Shown piece by piece: positions 50,901-64,000 of a stretch of 64,000 nucleotides of DNA (position 1 is its first letter; each line of letters opens with the position of its first letter). This DNA is from Leucoraja ocellata (taxonomy: Eukaryota). Position numbers and translations under genes: made by a program. The notes under the pieces are model-generated. The model saw nothing but the letters and a program-made list of their open reading frames with translations. It was not told where the DNA came from and made no database searches. Where the stretch lies: NCBI GenBank assembly GCA_036785375.1, contig JAWMAR010000005.1, forward strand, positions 310,001 to 374,000. The letters run 5' to 3'.

Positions 50901-51873
50901 ACTTTTAAAACTATTGCTATGTGTTGAATGTTGATGTGCGGTGTGTGTTGTGTGATTGTGCAGTGTGTCTGTGAAAAGCGTGTGTTGGTTGATTGTGCAG
51001 TATGCGTGCGGCTTATTTGTTGATTGTGTCCCTTTTTAAAAAGCTACTGTAATGCGCCCTTTTAAATTGCCCCTCGGGGACGAATAAAGTGTTTTGAATT
51101 GAATTGAATTGTCCTGCTCGTGGTGATACCGCAAACCGGTTGACCACTCCCAGCAGCTCTTCCTGGTCCTGCACCCCCAGCACACTGCTGGCGTCTTCAG
51201 CCACGAGCCCCTCTTCCAGGCCAGCCCAGCCCAGGCCCCCAACGCTCCCCTCTGTCGAGGGAGATGCGATGGACAGCGCCAAATACGGTGCTGTTGTGGG
51301 TGTGCGAGCACTCCCATGGCGAGCTTGCTCCATCTACCGGAGCAAGTCTCGCTGGAACATCTGCTCCATCAACTGCTCCATGCAGGATAAATGGTCACCT
51401 TTGCTGCTCTCGGGCAGCGCGTCTTCCTGACCAGACTCGTCCGAGTCTATCAGCCGGAGCGACTTCTGCTTTGCCTTGCCTCCAATCCGCTGCGGTAGTT
51501 CGAGCTGAGCAGCTTGCGGAGTTGGGCTTGGCTGAGCAGAGATTGAGTCAGTGACTGTGGACCGCCGCGAGCACGGTCCACGTGCCGCCGGTCGCCCCCC
51601 ACTGCTGGAACCCTCCTGGGCCATCACAGTCATACGGGGCGCGACCTTCTTTAGTTTTCTTCCTTTGTCCATGTTCGCTGAAACACAGAACACAGCAAGG
51701 GTTGGAAATAACGACCTCAGAATAAGCTTAACTTACCTGTAGGTCCCGTTTTAAACTCTGTTGTGGGAGAGCTCTTTCCCCCACCCGTCGCTGTTGCACT
51801 GCGTGAGACGCTATGTCGCACATGAATGCTGGCGGGGTCTTCACGTAGTCACTCACGAGACTCCGAAGTAAAA
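47938..51873 (-). mobile_element. DIRS retrotransposon 5' half (terminus, gag, RT N-terminus) in opposite orientation
   Basis: GGRLHLF..W, KKDGGCRIIID, LKDAYYSV, LPNGL..APRLFTK. The terminus at 51838-51873 matches the ICR. Confidence 0.85.
49183..51110 (+). mobile_element. Rex/Babar LINE nested in DIRS
   Basis: LNDLRPVALTS, DFSSAFNT, GSPQGCVLSP, KFADD; (TTGAA)n tail. Confidence 0.85.
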
Positions 51874-52167
51874 TCTATGATAAACACGTCACTGAAAGCT
51901 AATATGCAGATGCACATGCAATGAAGTGTACAAATCACATGTTGTGCTAAGGTTTGGTCGAGGAGCAAAGTATAGTCATGTCTTATTTATAAGGCCTTGG
52001 TCAGACCACACAAGATGTACTGGGCACAACAATGAAACATTATTGCTTTAAGCTGAGTGCAGTGAAGATTTGTTAGATAGCTACTAGAACAATAGGTCTG
52101 TCATATGAGGCGATATTGAGTAACTGCAGTCTAATGTTTAAAGTTAAGAAGATTGAGAAGTCTTCAC

Positions 52168-55100
52168 TATATAAATTGGTTACAGGACTTGACAAGGTCA
52201 ATGTGGAGAAGATGTTTCCCTGCTAGGAATTTAGATTCATGGGAGCAGTTACAGTTTTTTAAATTGAGATCAAGGTCATTTAGAAGTGAACTAAGGAGAA
52301 ATGTATCCACTCAGAAGCTGGTGAACCTTTGGAGTTCTTAACCCCAGAGTGTGAGGGCTCTATCATTCATTGTACTCAAAAAAGAATAGTGAGATCAGTG
52401 GATATTGGAAGAATCAGAAGATATGGAAATGGTACAGAAAGTGTATTGAGTTAAGAGTTTTAATTCAATTTAGTTTAGAGATAAGGCATGGAAACAGGTC
52501 CTTCACACAACTGAGTTCATTCCAGCATTCAAAGCTTCAAGTTCCTAGGAATAAATATCGTGAACAATTTGTCCTGGACCAGCGATGTCGAAACTATTGC
52601 GAAAAAGCACTGATACTTCAAAAAGCACACCACACTTCTATTTTCTTAGAAGGCTTAGGAAGTTTGACATATCCCCAACTACTGTCACCAACTTTTACAG
52701 ATGCATTTAATTGCGATGCATCACAGCCTGGGTTTGAGAACAGTTCCATCCAAGACCGCAAGAAATTGCAGAGAGCTGAAAAGGAGGTAAAGTGGATGTG
52801 TTGCCGAGTATGGCCGAGCTGAATTTCTCATGTTTCCTGACCACATTCAGGCACATTCGGCAACACATTCTCTTTACCTTGTTGCATTGTTTATGTATTG
52901 AACAAATGTCAGACCCATTGCATTGTTAAATACATTTCAATATATGTTAATTTGCAAATTGATATTTTCCTGTGGCACCCAGTAAGTATGAACTGTGACT
53001 GTTAATTCAATCATTACATTAATAAGGAGTAAAAGTACTATTGTTGATGAATTGCAGGAAGCCATGAAAGACTCTGCATAAGGACGTACTCAGGCAAGTT
53101 GGCGAGAATGTGGCAGTCAGAGTATAATGTGGGAAAGTGCAAGGTTATTCACTTGTTTGGAAGAATAGCATAGTGGGTGTGTCTACTTGCAGGTGAGTCC
53201 ACATCTGCATAGTGGGAAGCATTCAATGGAAAAACAATCAGAGTTCAAGACCAACATATTCCTAGAAGGGTAAATGCTAAGAGTATTAAGTACAGGGAAC
53301 TGTCAATGGTTATTGAGGGTTGAATAAAGAGAAAAAGTGAAACGTGACTGGTATGGGGAACAAATGACCTGGAGGATTGTTAAGTATCAGAGGATTGGAG
53401 AGAGCTTAAAAAAATTAGGAAGGCTGTATGGGCCATTAAATTCTCTGGCAGATAGGATTAAGTTACACTTGAAGACATACATAAGGGCAAAAGAATAACT
53501 ACGGAAAACGTAGCACCCATTAGGAACAACATGGACAACATGGAGGCAGTAGTAGAGATGATACCCTAAATGTTTCTTTTCATTGGTATTTAAACAGGAA
53601 ACAGCTTTATGGTTGGAAAGTTCAATGAAGGGGAGATGAACTCTCTTGTAAACATTTAGTTTAAAAATCATTTAGACAGGTATATGACAAGACTGGTTTA
53701 GACGGATATGGGCTAAATACAGGCAGGTGGTACTGGTATAGATGGAACATATTGGCCGCTGTGCAAGTTGGGCCAAACGGCCTGTTTCCATGCCATGAGA
53801 AGATACTGGAACTAATTCATGACAATAATTAAGGAGGGTTCTGTGCTGGTGTTTACCACTCACTTAGCTCTCGTTGTTTACAGAAAAGATTGAATGCCTG
53901 ACAATAGACAATAGACAATAGGTGCAGGAGTATGTCATTCAGCCCTTCTAGCTAGCACCGCCATTCAACGTGATCATGGCTTATCATCCCCAATCAGTAC
54001 CCCGTTCCTGCCTTCTCCCCATATCACCTGACTCCGCTATTATTAAAAGCCGTATCTAGCTCACTCCTGAAAGTATCCAGAGGAACGGCCTCCACCGCAC
54101 TCTGAGACAGATAATTCCACAGACTCGCAGCTCTCTGTGAGAAAAAGTGTTTCCTCGTCTCCATTCTAAATGGCTTACCCCTTATTCTTAAACTGTGGCC
54201 CCTGCTCCTGGATACCCTCAACATCGGGAACATGTTTCCTGCCTCTAGAGTGTCCAAACCCTTAACAATCTTATATGTTTCAATAAGATCCCTCTCATCC
54301 TTCTAAAGTCTTGAGTATACAAGCCCAGCAGCTCTATTCTCTCAGCATATGACAGTCCCGCCATCCCGGGTATTAAACTTGTAAACCTACGCTGCACTCC
54401 CTCAATAGCAAGACCCTCAAATTAGTGGACCAAAACTGCACACAATACGTCAGGTGTGGTCTCACTAGGGCCATGTACAACTGCAGAAGGACCTCTTTGC
54501 GCCTATACTCGACTCCTCTTGTTATAAAGGCCAACATTCCATTCGCTGTCTTCACTGCCTGCTGTACCTGCATGATTACTTTCATAGACTGATGAACAAG
54601 GACCCCCAGACCCTGTTGTACTTCCCCTTTTCCCAACTTGACACCATTTAGATAGTAATCTGCCTTCTTTTTTTTTATACCAAAGTGGATAACCTCACAT
54701 TTATCCACATTAAACTTCATCTGCCATGCATCTGCCCACCCCCCCCAACCTGTCCAAGTCACCCTGCATTCTCATAGCATCCTCCTCACAGTTCACACTG
54801 CCACCCAACTTTGTGACATCTGCAAATTTGCTAATGTAACTTTGAATCACTTCATCCAAATTATTCATGTATATTGCAAAGAAGAGTCTTTATATCATCT
54901 ATATATATATATATGGCACGGTAGAGGCTGCACTTGGAATACTGTGGTCAGTTTTGGTCACCCTCCTCTGTGAAAGATGTGATTCAGCTGGAAACAGTGC
55001 TGAAAAGATTACTGAGCATGTTGTCAGGACTCGAGGGATAGAGTTATCGGGAGAGGATGGGACTTTATTCCTTGGAGTTCAGGAAGCTCAGGAGTGATCT

Positions 55101-58100
55101 TATAAACTTGTCAAAATCATGAGGGCGTAAAAAGTGTGAAAGCTATTCTAAGGGTTTGGGAATCAAGAAATAGAGCGTAGTTTTACGGTACGGGTACAGT
55201 ACAATATCAAGTACTTACTGGTTACATTCAGCAGGGTTCCATCTCGAAATATTTCCATACATTGTATGAATCCTTTCTTAGTGAACTAATGATGTCTGTC
55301 TCTATAAAATTGACAACATAGAAACATAGAAAATAGGTGCAGGAGTAGGCCATTCGGCCCTTCGAGCCTGCACCGCCATTCAATATGATCATGGCTGATC
55401 ATCCAACTCAGTATCCTGTTCCTGCCTTCTCTCCATACCCCCTGATCCCTTTAGCCACAAGGGCCACATCTAACTCCCTCTTAAATATAGCCAATGAACT
55501 GGCCTCAACTACCTTCTGCGGCAGAGATTTCCAGAGATTCACCACTCTCTGTGTGAAAAAAGTTTTCCTCATCTCGGTCCTAAAAGATTTCCCCCTTATC
55601 CTTAAACTGTGACCCCTTGTTCTGGACTTCCCCAACATCGGGAACAATCTTCCCTCATCTAGCCTGTCCCGCCCCTTAAGAATTTTGTAAGTTTCTATAT
55701 GATCCCCCCTCAATCTTCTAAATTCTAGTGAGTACAAACCGAGTCTATCCAGTCTTTCTTCATATGAAAGTCCTGACATCCCAGGAATCAGTCTGGTGAA
55801 CCTTCTCTGTACTCCCTCTATGGCAAGAATGTCTTTCCTCAGATTAGGAGACCAAAACTGTACGCAATACTCCAGGTGTGGTCTCACTAAGACCCTGTAC
55901 AACTGCAGTAGAACCTCCCTGCTCCTATACTCAAATACTTTTGCTATGAATGCTAACATACCAATCACCTTCTTCACTGCCTGCTGCACCTGCATGCCTA
56001 CTTTTAATGACTGTTGTACCATGACACCCAGGTCTCATTGCATCTCCCCCTTTCCTAATCAGCCACCATTCAGATAATAATCTACTTTCATATTTTTGCC
56101 ACCAAAGTGGATAACCTCACATTTATCCACATTATACTGCATCTGCCATGCATTTGCCCATTCACCCAGCCTATCCAAGTCACCTTGCAGCCTCCTAGCA
56201 TCCTCCTCACAGCTAACATTGCCCCCCAGCTTCGTGTCATCCGCAAACTTGGAGATGTTGCATTCAATTCCCTCGTTCAAATCATTAATATATATCGCAA
56301 ATAGCTGGGGTCCCAGAACTGAGCCTTGCGGTACCCCACTAGTCACTGCCTGCCATTGTGAAAAGGACCCGTTCACTCCTACTCTTTGCTTCCTGTCTGC
56401 CAACCAGTTCTCTATCCACATCAATACTGAACCCCCAATACCGTGTGCTTTAAGTTTGTATACTAATCTCTTATGTGGGACCTTGTCGAATGCCTTCAGA
56501 AAGTCCAGATATAACACATCCACTGGTTCTCCCTTATCCACTCTACTAGTTACATCCTCGAAAAATTCTATAAGATTCGTCAGACATGATTTACCTTTCA
56601 TAAATCCATGCTGACTTTTTCCAATGATTTCACCACTTTCTAAATGTGCTGCTATCCCATCTTTAATAACTGATTCTAGCATATATTATATAAATTGGTT
56701 ACAGGACTTGACAAGGTCAATGTGGAGAAGATGTTTCCCTGCTAGGAATTTAGATTCATGGGAGCAGCTACAGTTTTTTTAATTGAGATCAAGGTCATTT
56801 AGAAGTGAACTAAGGAGAAATGTATCCACTCAGAAGCTGGTGAACCTTTGGAGTGATTAACCCCAGAGTGTGAGGGCTCTATCATTCATTGTACTCAAAA
56901 AAGAATAGTGAGATCAGTGGATATTGGAAGAATCAGAAGATATGGAAATGGTACAGAAAGTGTATTGAGGTAAGAGTAATTCAATTTAGTTTAGAGATAA
57001 GGCATGGAAACAGGTCCTTCACACAACTGAGTTCATTCCAGCATTCAAAGCTTCAAGTTCCTAGGAATAAATATCGTGAACAATTTGTCCTGGACCAGCC
57101 ATGTCGAAACTATTGCGAAAAAGCACTGATACTTCAAAAAGCACACCACACTTCTATTTTCTTAGAAGGCTTAGGAAGTTTGACATATCCCCAACTACTG
57201 TCACCAACTTTTACAGATGCATTTAATTGCGATGCATCACAGCCTGGGTTTGAGAACAGTTCCATCCAAGACCGCAAGAAATTGCAGAGAGCCGAAAAGG
57301 AGGTAAAGTGGATGTGTTGCCGAGTATGGCCGAGCTGAATTTCTCATGTTTCCTGACCACATTCAGGCACATTCGGCAACACCTTCTCTTTACCTTGTTG
57401 CATTGTTTATGAATTGAACAAATGTCAGACCCATTGCATTGTTAAATACATTTCAATATATGTTAATTTGCAAATTGACATTTTCCTGTGGCACCCAGTA
57501 AGTATGAACTGTGACTGTTAATTCAATCATTACATTAATAAGGAGTAAAAGTACTATTGTTGATGAATTGCAGGAAGCCATGAAAGACTCTGCAAAAGGA
57601 CGTACTCAGTCAAGTTGGCGAGAATGTGGCAGTCAGAGTATAATGTGGGAAAGTGCAAGGTAATTCACTTGTTTGGAAGAATAGCATAGTGGGTGTGTCT
57701 ACTTGCAGGTGAGTCCACATCTGCATAGTGGGAAGCATTCAATGGAAAAACAATCAGAGTTCAAGACCAACATATTCCTAGAAGGGTAAATGCTAAGAGT
57801 ATTAAGTACAGGGAACTGTCGATGGTTATTGAGGGTTGAATAAAGAGAAAAAGTGAAACGTGACTGGTATGGGGAACAAATGACCTGGAGGATTGTTAAG
57901 TATCAGAGGATTGGAGAGAGCTTAAAAAAATTAGGAAGGCTGTATGGGCCATTAAATTCTCTGGCAGATAGGATTAAGTTACACTTGAAGACATACATAA
58001 GGGCAAAAGAATAACTACGGAAAACGTAGCACCCATTAGGAACAACATGGACAACATGGAGGCAGTAGTAGAGATGATGTCCTAAATGTTTCTTTTCATT

Positions 58101-61100
58101 GGTATTTAAACAGGAAACAGCTTTATGGTTGGAAAGTTCAATGAAGGGGAGATGAACTCTCTTGTAAACATTTAGTTTAAAAATCATTTAGACAGGTATA
58201 TGACAAGACTGGTTTAGACGGATATGGGCTAAATACAGGCAGGTGGTACTGGTGTAGATGGAACATATTGGCCGGTGTGCAAGTTGGGCCAAAGGGCCTG
58301 TTTCCATGCCATGAGAAGATACTGGAACTAATTCATGACAATAATTAAGGAGGGTTCTGTGCTGGTGTTTACCACTCACTTAGCTCTCGTGCGTTTACAG
58401 AAAAGATTGAATGCCTGACAATAGACAATAGGCAATAGGTGCAGGAGTATGTCATTCAGCCCTTCTAGCTAGCACCGCCATTCAACGTGATCATGGCTTA
58501 TCATCCCCAATCAGTACCCCGTTCCTGCCTTCTCCCCATATCACCTGACTCCGCTATTTTTAAAAGCCGTATCTAGTTCTCTCCTGAAAGTATCCAGAGG
58601 AACGGCCTCCACCCCACTCTGAGACAGATAATTCCACAGACTCGCAGCTCTCTGTGAGAAAAAGTGTTTCCTCGTCTCCGTTCTAAATGGCTTACCCCTT
58701 ATTCTTAAACTGTGGCCCCTGCTCCTGGATACCCTCAACGTCGGGAACATGTTTCCTGCCTCTAGAGTGTCCAAACCCTTAACAATCTTATATGTTTCAA
58801 TAAGATCCCTCTCATCCTTCTAAACTCATGAGTATACAAGCCCAGCAGCTCTATTCTCTCAGCATATGACAGTCCCGCCAACCCGGGTATTAAACTTGTA
58901 AACCTACGCTGCACTCCCTCAATTGCAAAACCCTCAAATTAGTGGACCAAAACTGCATACAATACGTCAGGTGTAGTCTCACTAGGGCCATGTACAACTG
59001 CAGAGGACCTCTTTGCGCCTATACTCGACTCCTCTTGTTATAAAGGCCAACATTCCATTCGCTGTCTTCACTGCCTGCTGTACCTGCATGATTACTTTCA
59101 TAGACTGATGAACAAGGACCCCCAGATCCTGTTGTACTTCCCCTTTTCCCAACTTGACACCATTTAGATAGTAATCTGCCTTCTTTTTTTTGATACCAAA
59201 GTGGATAACCTCACATTTATCCACATTAAACTTCATCTGCCATGCATCTGCCCACCCCCCCCAACCTGTCCAAGTAACCTTGCATTCTCTTAGCATCCTC
59301 CTCACAGTTCACACTGCCACCCAGCTTTGTGACATCTGCAAATTTGCTAATGTTACTTTGAATCACTTCATCCAAATTATTCATGTATATTGCAAAGAAG
59401 AGTCTTTATATCATCTATATATATATATATATGGCACGGTAGAGGCTGCACTTGGAATATTGTGGTCAGTTTTGGTCACCCTCCTCTGTGAAAGATGTGA
59501 TTCAGCTGGAAACAGTGCTGAAAAGATTACTGAGCATGTTGTCAGGACTCGAGGGATAGAGTTATCGGGAGAGGATGGGACTTTATTCCTTGGAGTTCAG
59601 GAAGCTCAGGAGTGATCTTATAAACTTGTCAAAATCATGAGGGCGTAAAAAGTGTGAAAGCTATTCTAAGGGTTTGGGAATCAAGAAATAGAGCGTAGTT
59701 TTACGGTACGGGTACAGTACAATATCAAGTACTTACTGGTTACATTCAGCAGGGTTCCATCTCGAAATATTTCCATACATTGTATGAATCCTTTCTTAGT
59801 GAACTAATGATGTCTGTCTCTATAAAATTGACAACATAGAAACATAGAAAATAGGTGCAGGAGTAGGCCATTCGGCCCTTCGAGCCTGCACCGCCATTCA
59901 ATATGATCATGGCTGATCATCCAACTCAGTATCCTGTTCCTGCCTTCTCTCCATACCCCCTGATCCCTTTAGCCACAAGGGCCACATCTAACTCCCTCTT
60001 AAATATAGCCAATGAACTGGCCTCAACTACCTTCTGCGGCAGAGATTTCCGGAGATTCACCACTCTCTGTGTGAAAAATGTTTTCCTCATCTCGGTCCTA
60101 AAAGATTTCCCCCTTATCCTTAAACTGTGACCCCTTGTTCTGGACTTCCCCAACATCGGGAACAATCTTCCCTCATCTAGCCTGTCCCGCCCCTTAAGAA
60201 TTTTGTAAGTTTCTATATGATCCCCCCTCAATCTTCTAAATTCTAGTGAGTACAAACCGAGTCAATCCAGTCTTTCTTCATATGAAAGTCCTGACATCCC
60301 AGGAATCAGTCTGGTGAACCTTCTCTGTACTCCCTCTATGGCAAGAATGTCTTTCCTCAGATTAGGAGACCAAAACTGTACGCAATACTCCAGGTGTGGT
60401 CTCACTAAGACCCTGTACAACTGCAGTAGAACCTCCCTGCTCCTATACTCAAATACTTTTGCTATGAATGCTAACATACCAATCACCTTCTTCACTGCCT
60501 GCTGCACCTGCATGCCTACTTTTAATGACTGTTGTACCATGACACCCAGGTCTCATTGCATCTCCCCCTTTCCTAATCAGCCACCATTCAGATAATAATC
60601 TACTTTCATATTTTTGCCACCAAAGTGGATAACCTCACATTTATCCACATTATACTGCATCTGCCATGCATTTGCCCACTCACCCAGCCTATCCAAGTCA
60701 CCTTGCAGCCTCCTAGCATCCTCCTCACAGCTAACATTGCCCCCCAGCTTCGTGTCATCCGCAAACTTGGAGATGTTGCATTCAATTCCCTCGTTCAAAT
60801 CATTAATATATATCGCAAATAGCTGGGGTCCCAGAACTGAGCCTTGCGGTACCCCACTAGTCACTGCCTGCCATTGTGAAAAGGACCCGTTCACTCCTAC
60901 TCTTTGCTTCCTGTCTGCCAACCAGTTCTCTATCCACATCAATACTGAACCCCCAATACCGTGTGCTTTAAGTTTGTATACTAATCTCTTATGTGGGACC
61001 TTGTCGAATGCCTTCAGAAAGTCCAGATATAACACATCCACTGGTTCTCCCTTATCCACTCTACTAGTTACATCCTCGAAAAATTCTATAAGATTCGTCA

Positions 61101-61199
61101 GACATGATTTACCTTTCATAAATCCATGCTGACTTTTTCCAATGATTTCACCACTTTCTAAATGTGCTGCTATCCCATCTTTAATAACTGATTCTAGCA
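52168..61199. repeat. Tandem duplication of ~4.5 kb (52168-56681 and 56687-61199), made of CR1/other repeat fragments
   Basis: Near-identical sequence at an offset of 4518-4519, with duplicated ORF tracks. The junction truncates a CR1. Confidence 0.95.
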
Positions 61200-61480
61200 G
61201 TTTCCCCACTACCGACGTAAGACTAACTGGTCTGTAATTCCCCGTTTTCTCTCTCCCTCCCTTTTTAAAAAGTGGGGTTACATTAGCTACCCTCCAATCC
61301 TCAGGAACTACTCCAGAATCTAAACAGTTTTGAAAAATTATCCATATTGCATCCACTATTTCTGGGACTACTTCCTTAAGTACACTGGGATGCAGCCTAT
61401 CTGGCCCTGGGGATTTATCAGCCTTTAATCCATTCAATTTACCTAACACCACTTCCCGGCTAACCTGGATTTCACTCAGG
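59834..61480 (-). mobile_element. Young 5'-truncated CR1 LINE (duplicate 3' part at 55316-56681)
   Basis: RT ORF 60577-61452 and (ATAGAAAC) tail. Ends about 65 bp from the V1 donor. Confidence 0.9.
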
Positions 61481-61546
61481 TGACATCATAACATCATGAT
61501 TCCTCGTGATGTTAGGATTGGAAATAGAACCAATTTAAATACTCAC

Positions 61547-61897
61547 TGGTTACATTCAGCTTGGTTCCATTTCCAAATATAATCCCCCAAATGCCACAGA
61601 TGTAATCAGCAGAGTCAGCAATCTTCACCTTTGTAATAGTCAGTGAGTAGCTGTTACTGGTGACGTTCGTGGAAAGCTGAAATCGCTTGGAGAAGCCCAG
61701 TGACCTGTAAATGTGGCCATCGACAGAAAGACTAAGTTTGATTTTTCCATTACGTGAGTTGTACCAGTGAACTCCGAATTTGTTCACAATGTCATTCACA
61801 TTGGTGCTGTTCAGGGCACACCGTATCTCAACTGTTTCACCTTCACGCACCACCAGAGCTCCTGGGGATTGGATCAGGAATATGTTTGCCTTTAGAC
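61547..61897 (-). CDS. Gene B exon: Ig V-set domain 1 with germline J-like G strand
   Basis: Acceptor cccacag, donor gtgagt, 351 nt, phase 1-1. Encodes (G)LKANIFLIQSP...VEIRC...VHWY...RF...YSLTITKVKIADSADYIC-GIWGII-FGNGTKLNVT, with the canonical Cys/Trp/Cys, DxAxYxC and FGxGTxLxV motifs. Confidence 0.9.
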
Positions 61898-62212
61898 CTG
61901 TGGGTTTTAATAAACAAAGATCAGAACAGATGATGACCTGAAAAATAATGATAATAATTTGAAACATGAGGCAGCATGGATATTTATGAATTTTCTGCAT
62001 ATTCATTCCTAATTTGTAGTCTCATTTTCTTTTCATCTGAGCTCCACACTTTCACTCAGCACTGAAATGACCAACAATCCTTTTGGTAAAAGTACAAACA
62101 CTGAATGTCAATGGATAAACCCTATTCAATGTAAGTGTTTATTGACTGTAACTGTGTTAAACTGAGCAGTATATTAGGAACAAAACTAGTATTTCTAGTA
62201 ACATTCGTTTAG

Positions 62213-62600
62213 TATAGACAATAGACAATAAACAAGAGACAATAGGTGCAGGAGTAGGCCATTCGGACCTTCGGGCCAGCACTGCCATTCACTGTGATCC
62301 TGCCTTCTTCCCATATCCCTTGACTGCTATCTTTAAGAGCTTTATCTAACTCTCTCTTAAAAGCATCCAGAGAATTGGCCTCCACTGACTTCTGAGGCAG
62401 AGAGTTGCACAGATTCGTAACTCTCTGGGTGAAAAAGTGATTCCTCATCTCCGCTTTAAATGGCCAACCCCTTATTCTTAAAATATGGCCCCTGGTTCTG
62501 GACTCCCCCAACATCAGGAACATGTTTCCTGCCTGTCGCGTGTCCAATCCCTTAATAATCTTATATGTTTCAATAAGATCCCCTCTCATCCTAAATTCCA
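62213..62600 (-). mobile_element. CR1 3' fragment
   Basis: RGDLIETYKI...HFFTQRV. Confidence 0.8.
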
Positions 62601-63089
62601 GTGTATGCGAACCGAGTCACTTCATCTGCCAACTCTCCAAGCCTGTCCAAGTCCCCCCCATGCTTTGAGAGGTGGGGTAACAATCCCCCCCCCATGTTTT
62701 CTCATCCGGACTTTATTAGCCGCTTTCTAAGGGCTGAATCGGGCCATTTGCGGGGCCTTTCTGTGCCAGTTGCGGCATAAAATCAAACTACTGCATCGAG
62801 GCGATCAAGGCTACCGATGTTGAAGCCTCCACTGGCCGATTAAAGCCCATGAACGGGCCGATTCCAGCCCACGGCCGAAGCCTAACATGCATCTCGCTCT
62901 CTCCTCCAGCCAGCGCGCCACTTGACGGGGGTGATTCGGTACAGCGTGGAGTCGGCGCCCAATGAGAAGATGGAACCAGGGCCCGGTCACCCCCAGGGAT
63001 GCGCTTTTCTAACTGGAAGGCAGAGGGTCTGCTGCCGCTGCTGGCAGGTACAGGTTCATTGCTGCTGCCTCACATCGCCAGGGACACGT

Positions 63090-63922
63090 GTTTAGATCCT
63101 AACTCCGTCATCAAGTTTGCTGACGACACCACTGTTGTGGGACATATCAGTGATGGGGACGAGTCAGAGTATAGAAGTGAGATCGACCAATTGACCAAAT
63201 GGTGCCAGCATAATAACTTGGTTCTCAACACCAGCAAAACCAAGGAACTGATTGTGGACTTTGGAAGGGGTAGGATGGGGACCTACAGTCCCGTTTATAT
63301 CAACGGGTCGATGGTGGAGAAGGTCAAGAGCTTCAAATTCTTGGGCGTGCATATTTCTGAAGATCTCTCCTGGTCCGAGAGCACTGATGCAATTATTAAG
63401 AAAGCACATCAGCGTCTCTCTCTAACTTCTACAGGTGCACAGTAGAGAGCATGCTGACCGGTTGCATCATGGCTTTGTTCGGCAACTTGAGCGCCCAGGA
63501 GAGGAAAAGACTACAAAATGTAGTAAACACTGACCAGTCCATCATCGGCTCTGACCTCCCTACCATCGAGGGGGTCTATCTCAGTCACTGCCCCAAAAAG
63601 GCTGGCAGCATTATCAAGGACCCACACCATCCTGGCTACACACATCTCCCCGCTACCTTCAGGTAGAAGGTACTGGAGCCTGAAGACTGCAACGTCCAGG
63701 TTCAGAAATAGCTGCTTCCCCACAGCCATCAGGCTATTAAACTCAACTGAAACAAATCTCTGAACATTAATGGACCATTATCTGCTTATTTATTGATGTG
63801 TGTATATATTTATATAATGGTATATGGACACTGATATATTCTGTATTCATGCAAAGCAAGAATTTCATTGTCCTATCTGGGACGCATGACAATAAACTCT
63901 CTTGACTTGACTGGACTTGACG
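63090..63922 (+). mobile_element. Rex/Babar LINE 3' fragment
   Basis: KFADDTTVVG, KTKELIVDF; (GACTT)n tail. Confidence 0.82.
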
Positions 63923-63976
63923 TCTGTATGGAATCTTTTTCTCCCCCACTAGCGCCTTGTCTGATGTTGATCTCAC

Positions 63977-64000
63977 CCTTGCTGCTGAACAGACCGAGCA
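63977..64000 (-). CDS. Probable 3' end of the leader (signal peptide) exon of Ig-V ITAM receptor gene B; continues beyond the window
   Basis: The minus strand reads ..TG CTC GGT CTG TTC AGC AGC AAG G|gtgaga (xLGLFSSK-G). This phase-1 donor matches the phase-1 acceptor of V1 (G+GT CTA AAG GCA = GLKA), like a split Ig/TCR leader. Only 24 nt are visible. Confidence 0.45.

Noticed and set aside
52370-57338. Duplicated ~150-aa ORFs
   Set aside because: Mosaics of CR1, SINE and Rex remnants copied by the tandem duplication.
36579-62006. Interpretation as TCR or Ig light-chain V gene segments
   Set aside because: The V exons have no RSS, already include the J-like strand and a splice donor, V2/V3 show no individual leaders, and no C1 exon was found. 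They splice in frame to a TM/ITAM tail.
61898-62006. Hydrophobic N-terminal extension of ORF 61512-62006 as an unspliced signal peptide
   Set aside because: More likely AT-rich intron read-through. A good acceptor exists at 61898 and a candidate leader donor at 63976. Not fully excluded.

Overview
Repeat-rich vertebrate genomic DNA, most likely from a cartilaginous fish (skate/ray/shark; inferred from the CR1, HE1/V-SINE, Penelope, Rex/Babar, DIRS and Tc1 repeat set). One assembly gap lies at 39800-39945. Among the repeats are two paralogous, convergently transcribed (tail-to-tail) immunoglobulin-superfamily receptor genes, reconstructed by hand from splice sites and paralog comparison. Gene B (- strand) has a probable leader exon at the window edge, three germline-joined V-J-type Ig exons (61547-61897, 43132-43476, 36623-36967), an uncharged TM exon (35070-35204) and four short cytoplasmic exons (34829-34902, 32172-32213, 32039-32081, 28463-28488). 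These join in frame (1362 nt from the V1 codon to the stop) and encode YENI plus a complete ITAM, YMDL-x7-YGHI. Gene A (+ strand, ectodomain outside the window) has the same TM and cytoplasmic exons (2573-2707, 4243-4316, 7417-7458, 7549-7591, 12938-12948) and the ITAM YMGL-x7-YGHL. The main candidate novel system is this family of non-rearranging, antigen-receptor-like multi-V receptors that carry their own CD79/CD3-style ITAM. Secondary observations: minimal HDV-like ribozymes in short retroposons, a hammerhead-core hairpin insertion, a ~2.5 kb inversion that splits a DIRS element, a ~4.5 kb tandem duplication, and several DNA transposons whose boundaries are shown by TIRs/TSDs or by empty sites in the paralog.
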